A stretch of DNA of 64,000 nucleotides. It comes from Octopus vulgaris (lineage: Eukaryota). Of the stretch, positions 27,921-36,214 are shown in pieces (position 1 is the stretch's first letter; each line of letters begins with the position of its first letter). The notes beneath the pieces are model-generated. The model saw only the letters and a program-made list of their open reading frames with translations, did not search any database and had not been told where the DNA came from. The stretch lies in the NCBI GenBank assembly GCA_951406725.2, contig OX597821.1, forward strand, positions 39,432,001-39,496,000, read 5' to 3'. A program made the translations under genes and the position numbers.

Positions 27921-28795
27921 AATCTTGTCTTTGTGTAAAGGAAATATGATATCTTTTACATTCATGAAAAACTCTCTGGAAATCTCTGGTATCTCTTTTT
28001 ATCTTTCATTTGTTTGTCATAAGACAGTGGCCAAGCTGGAGCACCGCCTTGAAAGATTTTCATTGAATGAACTGATCCCAGTATTTATTCTTTTCTTTAA
28101 GGCTACGACTTATTTTGTTATTCCCTTTAGCTGAACTGCTAAGTTGCGAGGAAGTAAACACTCCAGCACTGGTTGTCAAGCAATGGTGGACACACACACA
28201 CACACATATGTGTGGTGTGTGGAAAAAGGTTGAATTAGACTCATCCTTTAATTTGGAAGTTTCAAAAAAAAAAAGATTTCTAATATAGATTCTTCATATT
28301 TTGTTTGTAGCTTACTGGCATAAAATTGCAAATATGAAAATAATACTTGTAGATGATGTGTTGTGAATTTATGGAAAGAAATCCCTTAAAACTCAACAAT
28401 TTTGTTTAAAATGGAGAAGAGAAGGTGTTAAAATATATAAGAGAATTTTAATTCATGCAGACGATCGTTTTGTACAGAGATATAAAAATCATGAAAATTC
28501 ATGGTTGAATTGAATTGAATTAAATATCACTGTGATATATAATTAATTCAATTAATTCTATTCAACCATGAATTTGCATGATTTTTAGACAAGAGGACTG
28601 CTCGGAAAGACCAGCGGACAATAGGAAAGACTATCGACACCAGGAAAGACTGGCGGAGGCTACGGACTTACGATCCTCGCCTCTGTATTTTATTGTAACA
28701 GACATAACAGGAAAAGACAGCCCCATGATTGACCGAGAGGGGGAGTCGAGAATCAATCAAACCCAGTCAGCACGGAAACGACCTTTGAAACGAAC

Positions 28796-31700
28796 ATGAT
28801 TATTCATTCGAACAGCGGACGAAATGCAAACAACTTTGGATGCAAGCTGTGCTATAGAACCTTTGCAACTGAGAGAGGCTTGAAGATACATCAGGGAAAG
28901 ACTTGTGAGAAGAGGACAGAGCAGTGTGGATCGTCAGATCGTAAAACACGTGGCAAATCATCCCCGGACTCAAACCACAGCGGATCGATAAATGCTACAG
29001 CACAGAACTCTTCACGTGAAGAAACTACAAGTCATGAAACTGGTGCATCGGATAATACTCAGAGGAAACCGAGGGTTTTGTGGCCTGCTGCTAATGAGAA
29101 AGTGAAATATAAAGAGTTTGAAAACAAGGTTTGTCGGACTCTTTATAAAATGACAGGCTCTACAGTGGAAAAACTGGGAAAATTATCAAGCTCAATATAC
29201 GATGTAGCAAGAGATTTATTTGGAATAAAAGAGAATATCCGACTAGAGAAAGGAAAGTGTGGACCAAGCAGGAGGATCAGAAAAATGCAGCAGTTGAGGA
29301 AGGAAAAGTCCGACTTAAGAAAGAGATGGAGATGTGCTGCACTAGATGAGAAACCTGGCCTTGCGTTGCTGTATAACGATTTGAAGAGGAAATGTCGTTA
29401 TGTGCAACGACATATTCGCCGATATGAGCGTCGAAAAGAAAGTAAAAGGACTCGAGGGCAGTTTCTGAAGGACCCGTACGGGTTTACTAAGAAGCTGTTC
29501 ACTGAGCCGAAGAGTGGTACTTTATCGTGCACTAAAGAAGAATTGGATGCTCATATCAAGGAAACCTACAGCGATCCACACCGTAATCAGCCGCTGCCAT
29601 CTCTACATGGGCTAAATCATCTCTCAGGACCTGATATCGAATTCCAGATTGGGGACATCAGGGAGAGAGAGGTGAATGACTTCGTAAGAAAAGCTAGAGC
29701 GAAGAGTGCCCCAGGAGGTGATGGCGTCTCATATAAAGTCTACAAATACTGCAATCGTCTGCGAAAGAAGCTCTTCGTCCTAATCCGACAACTGTGGCGC
29801 GAGGAGACTATAGTAGAGGATTGGTGTAAGGCAGAAGGTATATACCTGCCGAAAGAGGCCAATGCAAAGACCATAAAACAGTTTAGGCCGATATCCTTAT
29901 TGAATGTGGAAGGCAAGATCTTTATGGGAATTCTGTCGAGGAGAACAGTGACATATTTACAGAGTAACGGATATGTTGATGAATCTGTTCAAAAGGCCGG
30001 AATCCCCGGGATCCCTGGATGCGTTGAACACTGTTTTTCGATTTGGAAAGCGATTCAGGATGCCAAACAGAACAAGAAAAGTCTGAACGTGGTATGGCTC
30101 GACCTAGCTAACGCGTATGGTTCAGTGCCACACAAATTACTAATAACAGCCATGGACCACTTCCACATTCCTGACAAAGTGATCAAAATAATGAGGATGT
30201 ACTATGAAAGTTTCGAAATGAGGTTTACAACTGGAAGTTTTACAACAAATTGGCACCGATTGGAGGTTGGCATTGCTGCTGGCTGTACAATATCTGTCAC
30301 GTGGTTTATCTTAGTCATGGAGTTGATTTTGAAAGGTGTAGATTTTTCGGAACAAATCGCCCATGTACAATCGCCTAAGAAAGCCTTCATGGATGACGTG
30401 ACACTTCTAGCTACAGATAAACAAATCATGCAGAATGCCCTTTTGAGATTAGACGAACGTGTAAGGTGGTCAAGGATGCGATTTAGAGCAAAAAAGTCGC
30501 GTAGTCTGACATTTGTTAAGGGAGTGCAGAAAGAATTTAAATTTCGAATATCGGAAGAAAGCATTCCAACAGTCAAGGAAGAGCCCGTCAAGAGCTTGGG
30601 ACGAGTATACGCTGGAACATTGTCAGATAGAAGTCGTGGGATTGAAATTATGAAACAGGCCGAGGCTGGGTTATCAGCGATTGATGTTTCGAAGTTACCA
30701 GGTAAATATAAAATTTGGTGCTTGCAGTTCGGCCTGTACCCGCGACTTGCGTGGCCACTTTTAATATACGAAGTAGCATTGTCACGAGTTGAAAAGATCG
30801 AACAAAAATGTAATGTGTTCATTAGAAAGTGGCTAGGTCTACCTCGTATGTTGAACAGCTCAGCTCTTTATCGTAAAAGAGGTTCGTTGCAGTTACCAAT
30901 AGCATCAATAGTCGAAATATATAAGTTGGGGAAGATACGGACGGTCATGATGCTGAGAGAATCGAAGGATATGGAAATCAGGCGTAACCCACCAGAGGTG
31001 AAAACAGCCAGGAAGTGGAAAGCAGAAGCAGAAACTGACAACATCTTGTCTTCTCTTACACACAGAGATATGGTGGGAGCAACGCAGAACCATCGGAAGG
31101 GATTTGGTTTTGGCGCGGATCAGTTCAGACCGTTTGCAAGCATGATGCCGTGTGAACGCAGATCTGTTGTTAGCAACAGCGTCAAAACAAGAGAAGCAGA
31201 GAGAAGAGAGCTTCATTTGATCCGATGTGTTCATCAAGGTCAGATGACGAGATGGGAAGAACATGTTGTTGAGAGGAAGATAAGTTGGGATGAGATGTGG
31301 AAGTGGACAACATCTCGGCTGAGTTTCCTGATTCGTTCATCTTATGATGTTTTGCCATCACCTACGAATCTAGTAAGATGGAACGTCTTAGAGAATGACG
31401 TCTGCAAATGTGGAAAAGTCGGTACACTAAAACATATTCTTTCCAACTGTTCGTTAGCATTGAACAGGTACACATGGAGGCACAACTTGGTCCTTAAGGT
31501 TATCTTCAATGCTATAAAGAATCAAATTCATCTCAACAACACTGAGGAAAAATCGTTAAAAGTACCATCAAGAGAGTTCATTACCTTCATGCGACCAGGT
31601 CAGCAGATCCGTTTCAAGAAGAAGACCAAGAAACTTCCTGAGAAAAATGAAAAGTGGAACGACTATTGGGAGGTAACTGCAGATTTACCTGGGTGCCAGG

Positions 31701-32071
31701 TTTTCTTTCCCATCCCAGTTTCGAAAAAACCAGATATTTTGATGTGGTGTGAAAGAAAGAAAGTTTTAAATATAGTTGAGCTAACAGTTCCTCACGAAGA
31801 TAATATGGACGCCGCTCGAGCTCGAAAATTAAACCGTTATGAAAACCTCCTCGAGGAATATGAAGACGCAGGCTGGAAAGCGGAACATTTTCCTATCGAA
31901 GTCGGATGTAGAGGGTTTGTAGGACACAGCGTGAGACGACTGTTGTTATCGTTAGGCCTAACTCATCGTAAAGTCAATACCACCATGACTGATATCCAAT
32001 CTACAGTGGAGAAGGCTAGCTACTGGATTTGGTTAAAAAGAGACGATGAGCGATGGCTAGAAGTATATTGA
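28796..32071 (+). CDS. Zn-finger / reverse transcriptase / restriction-like endonuclease polyprotein (1091 aa)
   Basis: N-terminal CKLC-x12-H-x4-C; RT motifs KSAPGGDG, FRPISLLN, WLDLANAYGSVPH, GIAAGCTIS, FMDD; CKC-x7-H-x4-C then WRHN; RLE KPDILM..VELTVPHE..K..RY..PIEVGCRG; no stops or frameshifts. Confidence 0.96.
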   Translation: MIIHSNSGRNANNFGCKLCYRTFATERGLKIHQGKTCEKRTEQCGSSDRKTRGKSSPDSNHSGSINATAQNSSREETTSHETGASDNTQRKPRVLWPAANEKVKYKEFENKVCRTLYKMTGSTVEKLGKLSSSIYDVARDLFGIKENIRLEKGKCGPSRRIRKMQQLRKEKSDLRKRWRCAALDEKPGLALLYNDLKRKCRYVQRHIRRYERRKESKRTRGQFLKDPYGFTKKLFTEPKSGTLSCTKEELDAHIKETYSDPHRNQPLPSLHGLNHLSGPDIEFQIGDIREREVNDFVRKARAKSAPGGDGVSYKVYKYCNRLRKKLFVLIRQLWREETIVEDWCKAEGIYLPKEANAKTIKQFRPISLLNVEGKIFMGILSRRTVTYLQSNGYVDESVQKAGIPGIPGCVEHCFSIWKAIQDAKQNKKSLNVVWLDLANAYGSVPHKLLITAMDHFHIPDKVIKIMRMYYESFEMRFTTGSFTTNWHRLEVGIAAGCTISVTWFILVMELILKGVDFSEQIAHVQSPKKAFMDDVTLLATDKQIMQNALLRLDERVRWSRMRFRAKKSRSLTFVKGVQKEFKFRISEESIPTVKEEPVKSLGRVYAGTLSDRSRGIEIMKQAEAGLSAIDVSKLPGKYKIWCLQFGLYPRLAWPLLIYEVALSRVEKIEQKCNVFIRKWLGLPRMLNSSALYRKRGSLQLPIASIVEIYKLGKIRTVMMLRESKDMEIRRNPPEVKTARKWKAEAETDNILSSLTHRDMVGATQNHRKGFGFGADQFRPFASMMPCERRSVVSNSVKTREAERRELHLIRCVHQGQMTRWEEHVVERKISWDEMWKWTTSRLSFLIRSSYDVLPSPTNLVRWNVLENDVCKCGKVGTLKHILSNCSLALNRYTWRHNLVLKVIFNAIKNQIHLNNTEEKSLKVPSREFITFMRPGQQIRFKKKTKKLPEKNEKWNDYWEVTADLPGCQVFFPIPVSKKPDILMWCERKKVLNIVELTVPHEDNMDAARARKLNRYENLLEEYEDAGWKAEHFPIEVGCRGFVGHSVRRLLLSLGLTHRKVNTTMTDIQSTVEKASYWIWLKRDDERWLEVY

Positions 32072-32119
32072 GTTCATCATAACCAGCTGATCTAGCAAGC
32101 GGGGCCTCATATCAGTGAG

Positions 32120-32185
32120 GGGGCCGGTGCGCATTGATGCCGTCGAGAGGTAGGCCCCGAAACGGCGCGCATTCTCTCCTGATGA
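32120..32185 (+). ncRNA. Putative strand-permuted (pseudoknotted) hammerhead ribozyme in the HERO 3' UTR
   Basis: GUC at 32142..32144, GAAA at 32159..32162, CUGAUGA at 32179..32185, with stems I, II and III all pairing (see findings). Confidence 0.6.
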
Positions 32186-32388
32186 CCCCATACACTTGCT
32201 AGCTTCCGATATACGGAGCTTTTAACTGGTAGCACTTGCATGTGCAAGTTGTTTGCAAGATATATATACGAAACGATCGTCTGCATGATTTAAAATTCTC
32301 TTATATATTTTAACACATTCTCTTCTCCATTTTTATCATAATTGTTAAGTTTTATGGATTTCTTTCCATAGATTCACAACACACCAAA

Positions 32389-32668
32389 TCATCATCATCA
32401 TTGTTTAACGTCTACTTTCCATGCTGGCATGGGTTGGATGGTTTGACTGAGGGCTGGTGAGCCAGAAGGCTGCACCAGGCTCCTATCTGATCTGGTAAAG
32501 TTTCTACAGCTGGATGCCCTTCCTAACGCCAACCACTCCGAGAGTGTAGTGGGTGCTTTTACGTGCCACTAACACAAGAGCCAGTCAGGTGGTACTGGCA
32601 ATGACCACGCTCGAATGTTGTTTTTCATGTGCTACTGGCACATGTGTCAGTACGGCAATGCTGGCAGT
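32389..32668 (-). mobile_element. RTE-type LINE 3' UTR fragment
   Basis: (CAT)n tail and shared 3' UTR motifs. Confidence 0.85.
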
Positions 32669-32706
<38 letters not shown>

Positions 32707-32709
<3 letters not shown>

Positions 32710-33009
32710 TGGTGACCGACCAGGCTATCAGAAGTTGTTACACATCGCTGGTCACAATGTGCTTCGCATTGTTTTAGCCTTCAAATGACCCCACCCCACT
32801 GGCTAAGCGAGCAGGCCAACAGAAGAAAGGGTGAGAGAAAGTTGCAGCGAAAGAGTACGGCAGGGATCGCCACCACCCCCTGCCGGAGCCTCGTGGACCT
32901 TTAGGTGTTTTCACTCAATAAACACTTACAACGCCCGGTCTGGGAATCGAAACCGTGATCCTATGACCGCGAGTCCGCTGCCCTAACAACTGGGCCATTG
33001 CGCCTCCAC
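32707..33009 (-). mobile_element. tRNA(Arg)-like-headed SINE family D
   Basis: Head gtggaggcgcaatggcccagttgttagggcagcggactcgcggtc...ggtttcgattccc; by recollection it resembles octopus OR-type SINEs. Confidence 0.75.
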
Positions 33010-34483
33010 GCAGTATATATATAGGTATATTCCATGACTTTCTTTCAATTTCTATCTGTTGAATATTCTTGGTCAACACAAGGCTATTGTAGAAGGTACT
33101 TGCCCATGGTGCCATTCAGTGGACTGAACTGAATCCAGGACCATGTAGTTGGGAGGCAAACTTATTACCATACAGCCATGCTTTGACAGACTAGTCTTCT
33201 AGATCAATAGAATAAGCGTGATTCATACAAAAAATAAGTCCTGGGGTCGGTTTGTTTGATTAAAGGTGGTGCTCCAGCATGGCCACGGTCAAATGACTGA
33301 AAAATGTAAGAGAATAAAAGAACACACACACATATTTTTAATGAATGAGTTGCAGCTTTATTTTGCTTCATATATAGTTTATAATACTTGAGCTAGAGTG
33401 TATACGTGTGTGTGTGTGTGTGTACTTTACCTGTTATTAATGTCTGTTAAAGCATAATGGTCAGGTGTTCATGAAATGACATTTTCAATGAAGAAATCGT
33501 TTCAAAATGGTAAGGAGATACATTGCTGACATTTAGCATGGAGATCAAATGAGTGCTGTTTACTTACTGGAGATCAGTTGAGCTTTACTTAACATGGAGA
33601 ATGTTTTCTTAGAACAGCATTTTAATATGGTTACATTCTGGTATTGCTTGGTCTGCAGTATATTGAAATGCTGCATGAGGAATCATTTTCCATTTCTACA
33701 AAGTTGAAATTGCTCGGTTTACAAAGATCTTGATTCTTCAGACTGTGAACCTGCAATCTCTTCGATAACCCTCAACAAGAACCTACACATCTATCTTCAA
33801 GTACGGCATTTGTACATTTTATTTATCTAACATGAAAGTAGATTCGTAATTGAAGACACATCTGTCAGGGCTATCTTCACTTGGGTCAGCAAAGAAGCCT
33901 CTATTTGGTTGCTAGACTTACTAGAAAGAGTAATCAAATTCCAACAAGTCACAGCTTGTTCTTTAGAGATCTAAAAGGACAAGAACGTCGTGGTTGGATT
34001 GTCTGTGGTCATGTCTCTGCTGACCAAAGCTGATTTTCTTGTGTTGTTTCTTTCAGACTTTTAACTTTAGTTGAGGATTGTGACTTTAGAAGTAAAGATG
34101 ATCATTTTAATTAGACAGTCACCATTATACAAACAATTTTTAATTAGACAATCACCCTTAATGAGGCAATTTTGAAGTAGAGAGTCGACATTAATTAGAC
34201 AATTTTTCTTCACTTTACAATTACTTTGACATTTCTGATTGTCATCCTCATTAGATCTTCAGAGTTTGAGCAGAGACCTTTTGGCATTACTGCTATGTTG
34301 ATGGAAACTATGATTTTCAGGCCAAACTTGTTGAAAGTGTAAGTTAGGTCACTCCTAAGTCTCTGTCTAATGCGAGGCTCATATATAAGCCTTAATTGCC
34401 AAAGAAGCAATCTAAATATGGAACATCCCACATGAAAAGTCAGTAGTATTATTCTCCAGTATGAAGCAACTTTGAGAGTGTAT

Positions 34484-35293
34484 TTGAAATGAGATAATTA
34501 GGGAATGGAGTGGAAGGAACGATGTGATAGCAGCATACTAAAAGCACAAGTTCCACTGGACTGGACAAGTTGCAAAGTTCACAGACAACAAGTGGACCTG
34601 TGCAGTTGCAGAGTGGTGGTATCCAAGAAAGTGAAAAAGGCCACTTGGAAGGCCTCCATGATGACATGAATATGATTTAGTTAAACAATTTGTATCAAGA
34701 TAGAAAAGAATGATATGATCAAGACAGACTTGGAAGCACAGTGTGGCCAGTGGTGTATGTCAGCATCTGATGATCTGGTTGATACTCTGATGAAGCAACT
34801 TAAAATAATTATTTGCACAACACTGGTAGGACATTGCAAATTCAAAAGTCATCTTGGCACTATGAGGAGACCAAAAACAGCAGCTGTAATCCTGACAACT
34901 CAGATCAAGAAGCAACACCCATGGAAGCAACATTATTTCTTGTTTGCTTGCTTTCAATATTTTCAGGATCCATCCAACCAGCCCTCTGCTCCTTGTTTCC
35001 ATTTAATAATATGCACTTTACTCATCATAATTCTCAGATATTACACAACTTCTTTGGTTTTGCTGTCTCTTTAGCACCTGTAAATCTAGATTTCAATTAG
35101 CAAGAAGACTGATGACAAATTGTCTGAGACCTGAGCATTAGATTACCTGTTGTTTGCATCAATGAAACCATTTTCATATTTGTCATTAAAAGTCCTTCTG
35201 GAAAACTGTTCACTGCATTGGAATTCTTGAGATTTTTGGTATCATTCTAATCACATCATTTCTTCCACTCCATTCTCAAATTATCACATCTCA
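34484..35293. mobile_element. Decayed DNA transposon with ~45-bp inverted repeats, possibly Tc1-like
   Basis: gagataattagggaatggagtggaaggaacgatgtgat / atcacatcatttcttccactccattctcaaattatcac; interior has no intact ORF. Confidence 0.45.
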
Positions 35294-35828
35294 TTCTAAT
35301 GACTAGGAAATACCTGAGAAGCTGTTAGAAAACAATAATGGCTCAACACACTGAAATCTGAATGGCTAACTTTTACAAAACGTACAACTTTTGAGTCTGT
35401 CCCTCAAAATAACAACCATTTTCCATGTATTTTATCCTTGAGTAAAAACATTCGTTTTACTTGCTTCATTACACTGAGCTGAAAATGAATACCGGTGGTT
35501 CCTTGGAGTTAATCTTGCAATTGACTGGCTTTCTATTCAGAGAAAGCCTCTTTCTCCTATTCTTCCTCAACAGCTAATTTTAATTAGACAAGCAATTTAA
35601 TTAGAAAAACCCCAACCGTGACCCTAACCTTCTTAAGATGTGCCAGAGGGAACCAGAATAAATTGTTGTCAGGAATTTGTAGACATAGGGATATCATCAT
35701 CATTTTTTTAAACTGTAGTAATAAACACACACACACACAGTTAACTAGGGATAAGGCACTAACAGAACAACATTTTTCAATCTTTAGAAATTACATGCAT
35801 AATGAAAAAAATGACAATTATCTAATGA

Positions 35829-36214
35829 CTAGCAGTATCGCCCGGCGTTGCTCAGGTTTGTAAGGGAAATAACTATAAAGCATTTTTAGAGAGTTATAGC
35901 CAAAAAATAGCAAAAAAATGGAAAAAAAATTATGGTAAATTTTTTTTTGAGATTTAAAAAAGGTGGAGTTGCGTCCCCTAGACTGTTTGTGGTTCGTGTT
36001 TCTGATTCTCGACCCCATGTCGAATTTATCGATTTTTTTCAGAACTGGGGGAACTTTTCAAAATTTTCGCTACATTAGTTTTGAATTATGACATTGGGCT
36101 ATGTGTGTGTCAAGTTTCATCAGAATCGGTTGAAAGCCGTGGTCAGGGTGAGGGTACAAGCAAACAGACACACAGAAACACGCACAGACAAACTGCCGTT
36201 TATATAGAGAGAGA
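35829..36214 (-). mobile_element. Non-autonomous Helitron
   Basis: Minus strand 5'-TC...CTAG-3' between A and T; subterminal hairpin cctgagcaacgccggg; near-identical copy at 39946. Confidence 0.85.

Larger units (their letters stand above)
28588..32265 (+). mobile_element. Full-length RLE-type non-LTR retrotransposon, HERO-clade-like
   Basis: Abrupt GC/CpG rise at 28588; ~208-nt 5' UTR, single ORF, ~190-nt structured 3' UTR ending in (TA)n; flanks rejoin into the host palindrome; second copy at 13063. Confidence 0.92.
28357..32383. repeat. Palindromic foldback element (~350 bp without the insert) hosting the HERO insertion
   Basis: 28357..28470 is the reverse complement of 32271..32383; inner palindrome 28484..28587 centred on atatcac-t-gtgatat (28524..28538). 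Confidence 0.88.

Noticed and set aside
28588-28795. HDV-like ribozyme at the 5' end, as in R2
   Set aside because: I could not build the nested P1/P2/P3/P1.1 pseudoknot by eye; only simple hairpins were found
30202-31264. Antisense ORFs of 206 and 119 aa
   Set aside because: Shadows of the HERO coding strand with no recognisable motifs
28357-32383. RT element with terminal inverted repeats (DIRS-like or a novel class)
   Set aside because: The arms are better explained as a pre-existing palindrome centred at 28531; the copy at 13063 lacks the right arm
32930-33009. Functional tRNA-Arg gene (and the other tRNA-like heads)
   Set aside because: Continuous with SINE bodies, with imperfect cloverleaves
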